The notes under the pieces were generated by a model. That model did not search any database. It had not been told where the DNA came from and saw only the letters and a program-made list of their open reading frames with translations. Below are positions 19,774-28,892 of a DNA stretch of 64,000 nucleotides, one piece after another (within the stretch, counting starts at the first letter, position 1; every line of letters starts with the position of its first letter). A program made the position numbers and the translations under genes. Source of the DNA: an uncultured cyanobacterium (lineage in GTDB: Bacteria; Cyanobacteriota; Cyanobacteriia; Phormidesmidales; Phormidesmidaceae); contig CAWBZI010000001.1 in the NCBI GenBank assembly GCA_963793265.1, forward strand, positions 1,600,001 to 1,664,000, read 5' to 3'.

Positions 19774-22700
19774 TCAAAGTAATTGAATCTCCCTTTCTTG
19801 AAAAGGCTCGCTCTCGCCTTCTAGAATCAAGGGCACATGCTCTAATACGACGCCGTTTACCTCTAGCTTATATACCTCGGGCCTCAGCCTCTCTAAGTAG
19901 TAAACGCCTGCACCGTTAGTAACCGACACTTTGCGATCGCCCTGCTCGCTCATGGCCTCTACTCGCGCCCCTGCTACGACTGCGCCACTAGCATCTACCA
20001 CCACGCCCGAAACAGAATAAGACAGTAGCAACGGCAATGGCACAGCAGTGTACTGACCTGCCACTACCTCTACCGCATAGGCCAGCGACGCTATCGTTCT
20101 ATCGAGCGGCAGTCCTGCCGGATCGATGTCTAGCCGGTAGGTGTCAGGCGGTAGCGTCATCATTAGTCCATCTGCTTGAGCCGCTAGCTGATAGGTACTC
20201 AAAGCGCGATGGTTTATTTGCAGCAGTAGCTCTGAATCTTCCAGGTACAAGGGCTCTGAGATATCGCGCACGCCATCTGCATCTGCATCTAAAAAAGGCT
20301 GTAGGATCAGGCCGCCCTGAGTTCGAAGCGCTGCCTGATGACGATGACCCAAGCTCAGATGACGCTGAGGGCTGCGATCGCCACCGTTGCGAATACCACT
20401 GTCTTGAACGCCCAGATGTGACACCAGCGAAATTTGAAAGCTGTCTCTGTCCGAAAAAGCTGACACGCCCTGGTAGCGCACCTGCAAATCTAGGCCCTGT
20501 CCGATAGCTGTAGCAGCCGAAACCACTGGCCCCGACCGGCGCGATCCTATGCCATAGCCCAGAGCATAGCGCCATTTAGACTGACCATCTACTCGCTGCG
20601 GCGACTGATAGCGCCACTGGGCGATCACTGCCCACCCGCCCCCCAACGCCACCGTCTCCAAATCATGCGTGCGCGTTTCATGGGTAAGTGCTAGCGTGTG
20701 GCCTGCACCTGCTATGCGCTGTGATTTGTTAGACAGCCGATAGACCAAATCTGAATAGGTCGAGATTTCGTTGCCCTGATGAGCAAACCTCAGCCTTTGG
20801 GTTTGAGTATTTAAGTTCCAGCGAATTCGTTGGCGCGTATCAACAGCAGCGCTTGCACTGCCCGACCAGCTACTTGTCCTGTAAGAAGTCTGCATCCCCA
20901 CAGACAGGGTGCGCGCTCTGGTATTGCCTCTGGCCAGCAGCGCCAGCCCAGGCGACAGCCGCCAATCAGCTTGAAATCGTTGGGAGAAGCGATCGCTATC
21001 AAAAGATAGTCTCAAATTGCGAGCAGGCTGGTAGCGCACATTCGCATCGATTTGCGCCTGTCCCGTCTGCAAATTAACCATTGCAGACATCGCCGCCTGC
21101 AACGGCACGCCCTCGGGCAGATAAAAGACCTCGCTCAGCGTCTGCAAGCTGCCGTCTTGCACTAAGCCCGCACCCACCGTCAGCGACTCACTCAGCCCGA
21201 GGCGATAGGCAACGCCTCCTCTCAATGAGTTGAAATCACCAAGAAATTGCTGGTCGAGCTGCCGATGTCCCATGCCTACAGAAGCAATTAGCGTAGAGGC
21301 ACCCTTGGGTAGCTGACCAGGCAGCGTTGTGAAGACGGCCGAGCGAATTTCGGGCTCGCTGGCTAGCTGACCATTGGCATATAGCTGCACCTGGTAGCCC
21401 TGATTGGAGTATTGGCTAGAGAGCTGACCAGCAGCAGGCACATTTTCAAATCGATAGATGCCTGAGGCGTCAACAATCGTTTCAGCGATCGCACTACCGT
21501 TGAGCCCCCGAGTAAGCTGCACAAATGTACCCGGCGCGGCTTCTCCCACGACAGTGCGGCCAATGGTATCGGCCTGCATTCGCAAACCAGGGTTAAAGCC
21601 ACCGCGAAAGGTGAAGTCGGGCGGCGTGACGTGGCGGCGCTGAACGGTCGTAAGCCCCCAGTAGTTTTGATAGCGGCTACGGGTGCGATCGCTCACAGGC
21701 GATCGCCAAAAAGTAGGCTGAGAGCCCACTACATAGTCGCTATAGTCACCCTGCCGAAGGTATTGCAGTTCGCTAAGTCGCCAGGTACTCGGCTTCATCG
21801 CGTCAGGCTGATCGATGCGAGTATACCAAGATCCGTCGAACGCGCTGCCGACAGCCGATAGCTGAGCGGTGGTACTCGTTAGCGCAGATTGACTTGAGCC
21901 AGTTACTAGCGTGGCCTGACGCACGCCGCCCAAGCTAACAGCAGCAGGCGCAATTGCGGGGAGTCCATCTGTTATCACGGGCCGCGAGCTGACACCTGAA
22001 ATATTAGCTGAGTTGAGCTGATCTAACGACGGCGGATGAAATCGAATCGCGTATTGAGCAAAGCTAAAGTCGGCGGTAATACCCAATGATTTTTCAATCT
22101 CGGCAATAGACATAACTGGCCCCAAATCGGTATCCGTCTGCAGCGTATCGGGGTCGATAGCGGTTGCCAAACCGGGCGCTCGAATCAGCAGCAATCCGTC
22201 ATCTGTAGGCGTAACGCTGCTGCCCAAAGCCGTCATGACATCTTCAAAAGGAATCAGCCACCGATCAAAAGCCAGCGCCGCTTCACCATTCTCTCGGCCT
22301 TTGACAAGGGTGGCTTCTACCGTCGTGATGTCATCAATGGCCAAACCCACCAGCATCATTCCTAGTGCCTCTGGGTTTTGAGAGATCGCTGGCGCTGGAC
22401 TTGCTGTTAGGGTTTGAGCTGGCGAATCTTTTGCTGACTTACTTTCAGCGTGAATAAAGGCGTACTCGCTGGTAAAAGCTGGCAGCGTAGAACCGGGCGA
22501 TCCCCCTTTGCTGATAGCCGCCTCTTTAATATGTAGAGCGTAGTTGACGCGATCGAATTCTACTGAGACACCAAACAAAGCTTCAAGTTCGGCAACTGAC
22601 CAAACAGCACCTAGCTCTGGATCGACGCGCAGCGATGCCAAGTCGATATGGTTGACTACTTCGGGCGATCGCAACTCCAGTCGTCCGTCTGTCTGCACCG

Positions 22701-23103
22701 AAGCCGTAAAGCCCAGCGCTGCGATCGCATCATCAAAAGGAACTAGCCAGCTTTCGAGGGATAGCGCCTGCTGACCATCCTCTGCCCCTTTTACCAAAGC
22801 AGACCGCTCAGAATCGCCCTGAGAACTATTTACGCTCCGTAGCTCTACCATTAGCGTACCGAGATCTGTAGGATTCTCGGTCGCCGCAACGCTCACAGCG
22901 GCTTCTACCTGAGAGGGCAAAACAGAAGTCAACGAAGCTATTGGCGATTCAGGCAATTCATCTAACGGATCAACTGGCGCTAGCAGCCAGTCTTCATCGG
23001 CGGTTATCCCAGCGGCAAAGCTTTCGGTTGGAATATCAGTTTGTTCAGACTGCTCAGCTTGAAGAGGCGCTGCATAGAGAGCATCTGCTATATAGACATC
23101 CAT
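19774..23103 (-). CDS. Usher-like outer-membrane assembly protein with C-terminal carboxypeptidase-regulatory-like/Ig domains
   Basis: 1109 aa; long amphipathic beta-strand region (YRLGLSESLTVGAGL), plug-like segment (GEAAPGTFVQL...GIYRFENVP), FLDADADG, GVVVDASG...TNGAGVYYL; downstream of chaperone and pilin genes. Confidence 0.65.
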   Translation of the reverse strand: MDVYIADALYAAPLQAEQSEQTDIPTESFAAGITADEDWLLAPVDPLDELPESPIASLTSVLPSQVEAAVSVAATENPTDLGTLMVELRSVNSSQGDSERSALVKGAEDGQQALSLESWLVPFDDAIAALGFTASVQTDGRLELRSPEVVNHIDLASLRVDPELGAVWSVAELEALFGVSVEFDRVNYALHIKEAAISKGGSPGSTLPAFTSEYAFIHAESKSAKDSPAQTLTASPAPAISQNPEALGMMLVGLAIDDITTVEATLVKGRENGEAALAFDRWLIPFEDVMTALGSSVTPTDDGLLLIRAPGLATAIDPDTLQTDTDLGPVMSIAEIEKSLGITADFSFAQYAIRFHPPSLDQLNSANISGVSSRPVITDGLPAIAPAAVSLGGVRQATLVTGSSQSALTSTTAQLSAVGSAFDGSWYTRIDQPDAMKPSTWRLSELQYLRQGDYSDYVVGSQPTFWRSPVSDRTRSRYQNYWGLTTVQRRHVTPPDFTFRGGFNPGLRMQADTIGRTVVGEAAPGTFVQLTRGLNGSAIAETIVDASGIYRFENVPAAGQLSSQYSNQGYQVQLYANGQLASEPEIRSAVFTTLPGQLPKGASTLIASVGMGHRQLDQQFLGDFNSLRGGVAYRLGLSESLTVGAGLVQDGSLQTLSEVFYLPEGVPLQAAMSAMVNLQTGQAQIDANVRYQPARNLRLSFDSDRFSQRFQADWRLSPGLALLARGNTRARTLSVGMQTSYRTSSWSGSASAAVDTRQRIRWNLNTQTQRLRFAHQGNEISTYSDLVYRLSNKSQRIAGAGHTLALTHETRTHDLETVALGGGWAVIAQWRYQSPQRVDGQSKWRYALGYGIGSRRSGPVVSAATAIGQGLDLQVRYQGVSAFSDRDSFQISLVSHLGVQDSGIRNGGDRSPQRHLSLGHRHQAALRTQGGLILQPFLDADADGVRDISEPLYLEDSELLLQINHRALSTYQLAAQADGLMMTLPPDTYRLDIDPAGLPLDRTIASLAYAVEVVAGQYTAVPLPLLLSYSVSGVVVDASGAVVAGARVEAMSEQGDRKVSVTNGAGVYYLERLRPEVYKLEVNGVVLEHVPLILEGESEPFQEREIQLL

Positions 23104-23145
23104 ATATAGTGATTCATAAATTATCTAAGGTCATTCAAAACACGG

Positions 23146-23961
23146 CTACGGCGCGGTCACTGGCAGTTCAAAAAGCTGTGAGTAGGCTTCGCCACGTGTC
23201 GTCCAGCGCATTTCGCCCTTGAGCCGGTAGCTACCGGCTGGTAGCGCCTCTGGCAAACCAATCGAAAAGAGGCGATCGCCCCCAGTCGCCACCGTATGTT
23301 CATTCAGCTCGCCAGCAGCAAAGATTTGCCCAGCAGCTTGTTCAGCGTCTTTTACAAGCTGCCAGCTCAAACTAGCGCGAGCACTTGCCTGCCCCTGATT
23401 ATTGACGAGCACATCAAGCGATCGCCCGTCAGCCGCTACAGTAGCGCTCTGCCCAGCTAAGACCGCAGACAGATCGCCTTGATGTACGTACAGCGTCGAG
23501 CCCACCCGGACATTGACAGCCACCGCACCGGTCTGAGCCGCGCTCTCAACCAGCTCCTCTGCAAAAATCGCTGCTCTGTATTCGCCCGCCGGAAATCCCG
23601 GTGGAAAAAGGCTCAGCACCCGCACCCGCTGTTCTGCGCCTGGCGGAATCACAACCTCGCGCGGAGAGAATTGAAGATACGGAGAAAGATCGGCGGCATC
23701 TTCGCGCAGGCTCACAAAACCGTCACGCCCGTAGGTAAAGGGTTCGGCATAAACTCTCGCCCGTACAGGCCGCTCGGTGCCGTTCGTTAATGTCAATACA
23801 CCTTGCGATCTTCCCCGCTCTGCCTGCTCTTCAAAAAATAGAGGCGACAGCCCCATTTGAGCAAAAGCAGGCGAATAATTCGCTAATACCGCAAAGGGAC
23901 TCACTATCAGGCTACCTACAGTTGCAGCCTTGATATAAAAAACTGATAAACGCATTTTCAC
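23146..23961 (-). CDS. PapD-like fimbrial chaperone
   Basis: Signal peptide; LSP, LTLTN, FSPREVVIPPGAEQRVRV, GEYRAAIF, VNNQG motifs of the two-Ig chaperone fold. Confidence 0.75.
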   Translation of the reverse strand: MKMRLSVFYIKAATVGSLIVSPFAVLANYSPAFAQMGLSPLFFEEQAERGRSQGVLTLTNGTERPVRARVYAEPFTYGRDGFVSLREDAADLSPYLQFSPREVVIPPGAEQRVRVLSLFPPGFPAGEYRAAIFAEELVESAAQTGAVAVNVRVGSTLYVHQGDLSAVLAGQSATVAADGRSLDVLVNNQGQASARASLSWQLVKDAEQAAGQIFAAGELNEHTVATGGDRLFSIGLPEALPAGSYRLKGEMRWTTRGEAYSQLFELPVTAP

Positions 23962-23997
23962 AGGTTTGAGTTAGAAACTACTAGAAACTACTACATA

Positions 23998-24044
23998 TAA
24001 AAGAGATGCTCAGAAAGTCACTCAGAACCCTCCCGAACATCTCT
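23998..24044 (-). terminator. Hairpin/terminator between pilin and chaperone genes
   Basis: Minus strand agagatgttcggga...tctgagcatctct followed by TTT. Confidence 0.6.
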
Positions 24045-24153
24045 ACTTCAAAACTCAATCTACTCTCAAAAAAGCACTAGACAGCTATTGATAGAGCCAC
24101 TCAAAATGCTTTTATCAGTTAAAAAGAGGCGCTAGGTTTCAGTTAGCTGGCTT

Positions 24154-24630
24154 TTAGTTGTAGGTGACGGTAACAGGAACCGTAAAGGTATAGGCTCCTG
24201 CTTCGATAACGTCTGAATTGGTAGAGGCTGTCATATCGACAGCAATCACATGTACACCGGCTGGCAAGCTATCGATTGAGGTTGCACCTGATGTAGAAGT
24301 CGTCACGCTAGCTGAAGATGTTTTAGTACCATCGAAATTGGTAGCGCCTACGCTAGCGCCCTGTTCGGGCTCTTCGGTAGCAAGGCTAGAGCTAACAGAG
24401 CAGGTTACTACGACACTTCCGGCAGCGCCGCCTGTCGCTGTAGAAGTCAACGTAGTGGGCTGGTTGTCATCGATTGCTAGCAGCCCTACGGTTGGGACAG
24501 CAAGGCAGCTAGGCGCAACAACAGATGTGTAGATTACGTCTGCATTAGCTTCAGCCGCAGTAGCGCTAGAGGCGATCGCATTTAGCCCGCCAAACGCAAA
24601 CAGCAGACTTGCTAGGAGATAGTGTTTCAT
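24154..24630 (-). CDS. Putative fimbrial major subunit (Csu/spore-coat-U-like pilin)
   Basis: Signal peptide; two Cys (VAPSC, VVVTC); Thr/Ser/Val-rich; C-terminal GAYTFTVPVTVTYN strand with penultimate Tyr. Confidence 0.7.
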   Translation of the reverse strand: MKHYLLASLLFAFGGLNAIASSATAAEANADVIYTSVVAPSCLAVPTVGLLAIDDNQPTTLTSTATGGAAGSVVVTCSVSSSLATEEPEQGASVGATNFDGTKTSSASVTTSTSGATSIDSLPAGVHVIAVDMTASTNSDVIEAGAYTFTVPVTVTYN

Positions 24631-25081
24631 AGTTGTCTTTCAAATTGTGTTCTTGGTTAATCAAGCTAAAGACAAAAGTCTTGCAAAAAAGCCTTTGCGA
24701 ACAACTCAATCCTCGCTGTCTTCAGCACACAAAAACTAACAGCTATTCTGGCTTCTAACCAGTGGCAAGAATACGGAAACATTACTTTTATTACATTTAT
24801 TTGTAAAAGCGTACTTTCGCTGAAGATCACTTTTAAAGAGGTATGAACGCTCACTTTTTTGAAGCTTTCTGATCGCGATCTGCGAAAGAATAGCTAGCCT
24901 TAGGCCAACACAAAGTTACAGCGCTCTATCCGAAGGCATAAGTAGATGTGCCATAGCGGATGACTTCGCTATTGGTGCTGCAAAATTTTCGGGTTATCCA
25001 CACCCTGCTGGAACAAAACAAAAATGAGGTGAAGTCTGTACAATTCAAGTGAACGAAATAATTGAACTTAAGTAGCTTCTA

Positions 25082-25687
25082 ATGATTCCAACCGTTATCG
25101 AGCAATCGGGTCGCGGTGAACGCGCCTTCGATATCTACTCTCGCCTGCTCAGAGAGCGCATCATCTTTCTCCACGGGCAGGTCGATTCAGACTCTATGAA
25201 TCTGATCGTGGCTCAGATGCTCTTTTTAGAAGCCGAAGACCCCGAAAAAGATATTTATCTCTATATCAACTCTCCTGGTGGCGTGATCAATGCAGGCTTG
25301 GGTCTTTACGACACCATGAACCATATTCGCCCCGATGTAGCCACTATCTGCATGGGCTTAGCGGCGAGTATGGGTGCGTTTTTGCTCAGCGCAGGCACGA
25401 AAGGCAAGCGCATGATTTTGCCAAATGCTCGCGTGATGATTCACCAGCCCTCAGGCGGCGCGCAGGGTCAGGCGACTGATATTGAAATTCAGGCCAAAGA
25501 GATTCTGTATCTCAAAAGCTCTCTAAACGAGGCAATGGCTAGGCATACAGGACAGCCTTTAGAGAAGATCATGGAAGACACTGAGCGCGACTTCTTTATG
25601 TCTCCAGAAGAAGCTGTAGAGTACGGCATCGTAGACAAGGTGATCGATCGTCACGCTGTTGGCTCTCGTCCTACCCCGGTTGAATAG
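25082..25687 (+). CDS. clpP: ATP-dependent Clp protease proteolytic subunit
   Basis: [36 protein letters not shown]. Confidence 0.98.
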   Translation: MIPTVIEQSGRGERAFDIYSRLLRERIIFLHGQVDSDSMNLIVAQMLFLEAEDPEKDIYLYINSPGGVINAGLGLYDTMNHIRPDVATICMGLAASMGAFLLSAGTKGKRMILPNARVMIHQPSGGAQGQATDIEIQAKEILYLKSSLNEAMARHTGQPLEKIMEDTERDFFMSPEEAVEYGIVDKVIDRHAVGSRPTPVE

Positions 25688-25705
25688 TTTCTAATCTTCT
25701 AGAAC

Positions 25706-25750
25706 GCAAAAAGGGCAAGCGCTACTCTATCCAGAGCTTGCCCTTTTTGC
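25706..25750. terminator. Bidirectional terminator between clpP and the Trypco1 gene
   Basis: 15-bp perfect IR gcaaaaagggcaagc / gcttgccctttttgc. Confidence 0.85.
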
Positions 25751-25776
25751 TTTAAAGATTTCGACTCGACAAAAGA

Positions 25777-26217
25777 CTATTCGTCTTTATCGAATGAGCA
25801 CTCAACCGTAATGCTCAAATTGCTCTCAGCCGTGCCTTTAGTCACATAAGGCACGCCTGCCTCGCCGCCCACGCGAATGCCAAACTGCAACGTTACTTTG
25901 TCTACATTGCCCTGAGACATGTCCTTGAACGCGCTAAGCGTGTGCGTGGTGTAGGTGCGAATAGTGCCCTCAATGGCCTTAAAGCTTTGGGCTGCGATCG
26001 CTGCTGCCCCACCGCTATCACCGCCACCGCCAGGAAAGCCAACCATCCCCCGAGAGCCGCCACCGCCGCCCCAGCCTTTCTGCCCACGGCGCACTTCATC
26101 TTCTTCCTCGTCGTCATCGCTATCAACATCAACCGTCGGCGGAACGGCCACATCATCAGTCGCCTCTATATAGATTTCGGTGCCGTCTTCTAGCTGAATA
26201 GGAACGAGCTTAGCCAT
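25777..26217 (-). CDS. CU044_2847 family / trypsin-co-occurring domain 1 (Trypco1) protein
   Basis: LEDGTEIYIE N-strand; DKVTLQFGIRVGGEAGVPYVTKGTAESNLSITV C-terminal motif. Confidence 0.75.
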   Translation of the reverse strand: MAKLVPIQLEDGTEIYIEATDDVAVPPTVDVDSDDDEEEDEVRRGQKGWGGGGGSRGMVGFPGGGGDSGGAAAIAAQSFKAIEGTIRTYTTHTLSAFKDMSQGNVDKVTLQFGIRVGGEAGVPYVTKGTAESNLSITVECSFDKDE

Positions 26218-26471
26218 GCTGAAAAATCCTGTGTAGATGTAGGGAGGTAACTGTGAAACGTGAGAATCGAAAGTACGGTCAGGATGCCCATCTACAAAGC
26301 TGAATCATCAAATTATGTTGGAATGTTTCGAGGTGATCGCCCCCTCCGGTTTTCCCTACTACGCAACCTCTCGTTTTTTGTCTACATTGGATGCATTGGG
26401 CTGTAGCAAAGGCCACTTTAGCCAGGGCCCCGAAGCCTATAACCAAATTTGTGACTGAAAGTAGCACGACT

Positions 26472-26936
26472 ATGGCAGACCTATACGTGAGCGAAGATGC
26501 TCAGCAGATTTTACAAATTGCGATCGCTAAAGACACTGAGTCGGGCGAACTTAGCCGCACTCAGCTCCTGGAAATCGCCGCTGAGCTAAATATTGCTCCC
26601 GAAACGCTGTGGTCAGCCGAACGAGAATGGCTTTCTCTTAAAAGCGAAAGCAATCAAAAACTACTTTTTAACCAGCACAAGCGCCAAAAGTTTCAGCACC
26701 ACCTCATTCGCTACACCATCTTCAACGTCTTCTTGCTGATGCTCAACCTCCTGCTTGGTGGCTACGGGTTTGCCGGATTCGTTGCCCTTACTTGGGGTCT
26801 TGCCTTAGCGCTACACGGCTGGCGAGCCTACCAGTCATCGGGCCTTCGCTACCAGAGGGACTTTGAGAAATGGATGCGTCGCCAGCAGGTGAAGCGCTCA
26901 GTTAGCAATTTATTCAATCGCTTTCTCAATGCGTAA
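26472..26936 (+). CDS. 2TM domain-containing protein
   Basis: EDAQQILQIAI, LLEIAAELNI, FQHHLIRY, WGLALALH. Confidence 0.8.
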   Translation: MADLYVSEDAQQILQIAIAKDTESGELSRTQLLEIAAELNIAPETLWSAEREWLSLKSESNQKLLFNQHKRQKFQHHLIRYTIFNVFLLMLNLLLGGYGFAGFVALTWGLALALHGWRAYQSSGLRYQRDFEKWMRRQQVKRSVSNLFNRFLNA

Positions 26937-26938
26937 GG

Positions 26939-28483
26939 CTAGACATTTGCAGGCACTTTCTCAAGCATCAGCTTAGAACTCTTGATCTGCATCGGAATGT
27001 CAATGGGATAGTCCCCCGTAAAGCAGGCCGAGCAGAAGCTATTTACATCTGCCTCAGTCGCTTCTAACATGCCTTCCCAGCTTAGATAAGCCAAAGAATC
27101 GGCCCCTAGCTGCGCCTCAATTTCCTTTACAGACTTAGTTGCTGCAATGAGCTGATCCTGGTTGTCAGTGTCAATCCCATAAAAGCAAGGGTGGGTAACT
27201 GGTGGCGATGAAATACGCATGTGCACCTCTACAGCGCCCGCATCGTAAAGCATCTGCACGAGCTTTCGGCTTGTCGTTCCACGCACAATAGAATCGTCCA
27301 CAATCAAAATTCGCTTGCCCTCTAGCACGTCACGCATCGGGTTAAGCTTCATTCGGATACCGACTTCGCGCATGGCCTGGGTTGGCTGAATAAAGGTACG
27401 GCCTACGTAGCGATTTTTAATCAAGCCTTCTGCATAGGGAATTCCCGAAGCCTCTGAGTAGCCGATAGCAGCCGGAATACCCGAGTCAGGTACTGCCATA
27501 ATCAAATCCACGTCCGCAGGTGACTCCTGAGCGAGGCGCTGGCCGATCCGCTTGCGATAGCTGTACAGGCTTTCTCCGTTGAAAACGCTGTCGGGCCGTG
27601 CGAAGTAAATCATTTCAAATACGCACAGCTTCCGCTCTGTTTTTTCGGCCCACTGCACAGACTTCACGCCGTCGCAGTCGATCCACATGAGTTCGCCGGG
27701 GGCGATGTCTCTTAAGTAAGTAGCGCCGACAATATCTAAACCGCAGGTTTCAGAGGAAACAACGAACTTCCCTGGCCCATAGTCTTCTCTTCCACTGCTC
27801 GCTGAGCGCTTCGTGTCAGGCGCTTCAGCGCCAATGTATCCAAGCACTAAGGGGCGAATGCCGTGTGGATCGCGAGCGGCAACGATGCCTGCTGGGGTGC
27901 CAATAACTAGGCTAAAAGCGCCTTCGCAGCGTTTGAAGGCAGCGATCGCACCATCCACCCAATTATCACCATCATTTACCGCCTCCATCATCGCAAACGC
28001 AATTAGCTCAGAATCAGAAGTCGTCGTTAGGCAGTAATTCTCTCGCTCTAATAGCGCACTCCGCAGGGTATTCACATTTACGATATTGCCATTATGAGCC
28101 AGCGCTAGCTGCCCTAGTCGAGTATCTAGCACGGCGGGCTGAGCGTTCGCGGCGGTGTTAGAGCCAGTGGTTGAATAGCGCGTATGACCGACTGCCCACT
28201 GCCCCGGAATATCTTTGAGCATATCGTCAGTAAACACCTGAGAAACCAGACCCATGCCCTTATGCTCGTGCACGTCGCCCTGGTCGAAAGAAGCAATTCC
28301 CGCAGATTCCTGTCCGCGATGCTGTAAAGCGTAAAGGCCAAAGTAGGTCAGCGTAGCGACATCTTCAGTAGGTGCATACACACCGAACACACCGCAGGCT
28401 TCCTCCGGCTTATCGGGCCGCATAGAATCATTCATTTCAGCAGATATCTCAAGATTCATCGCAGAGTCAGGGGACTGATACAT
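26939..28483 (-). CDS. purF: Amidophosphoribosyltransferase
   Basis: EACGVFG, LQHRGQE, GHTRYST, VDDSIVRGTT. Confidence 0.98.
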   Translation of the reverse strand: MYQSPDSAMNLEISAEMNDSMRPDKPEEACGVFGVYAPTEDVATLTYFGLYALQHRGQESAGIASFDQGDVHEHKGMGLVSQVFTDDMLKDIPGQWAVGHTRYSTTGSNTAANAQPAVLDTRLGQLALAHNGNIVNVNTLRSALLERENYCLTTTSDSELIAFAMMEAVNDGDNWVDGAIAAFKRCEGAFSLVIGTPAGIVAARDPHGIRPLVLGYIGAEAPDTKRSASSGREDYGPGKFVVSSETCGLDIVGATYLRDIAPGELMWIDCDGVKSVQWAEKTERKLCVFEMIYFARPDSVFNGESLYSYRKRIGQRLAQESPADVDLIMAVPDSGIPAAIGYSEASGIPYAEGLIKNRYVGRTFIQPTQAMREVGIRMKLNPMRDVLEGKRILIVDDSIVRGTTSRKLVQMLYDAGAVEVHMRISSPPVTHPCFYGIDTDNQDQLIAATKSVKEIEAQLGADSLAYLSWEGMLEATEADVNSFCSACFTGDYPIDIPMQIKSSKLMLEKVPANV

Positions 28484-28892
28484 GCTCGATCAAAGCTCCA
28501 ATGCAACCGTTCAAACAGACTTTTCTAAGCGCGCGCTTCTGGTCAGCGCTTCCAAACAAACTCTTAACCAAAATAGTCAGGAGACAGACCGCAGCGCTAA
28601 GGCTGACGAAACTGCCTATCTAGTCTAGTCGTTTCAAATAGCGCTTCATTGAATGGCTCTTAATTGCAATTGGCTCGATGCGAACAACATCAAAGGCAAT
28701 CTGCACAAGCAATTCAATGAAGCGCTGTAGCCTATGAAACAGCAGCAAGACTAAACTTAATGTTTTGTTAAACTTTATGTTCAAATCCTATCACTCTCTG
28801 TAGCACTGCTCGCCTAGATTACGTATAGACGCCGCGCTTTTTATACAGAAGCTTAGAGCAGCTGATTTTGGGCTTTCTAAAAGACAAAATCT

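Noticed and set aside
24631..25081. Possible c-di-GMP riboswitch upstream of the pilin gene
   Set aside because: No GEMM-type consensus (GGCAAA...GAAA...GACGCAAA) found on the minus strand; only a weak hairpin
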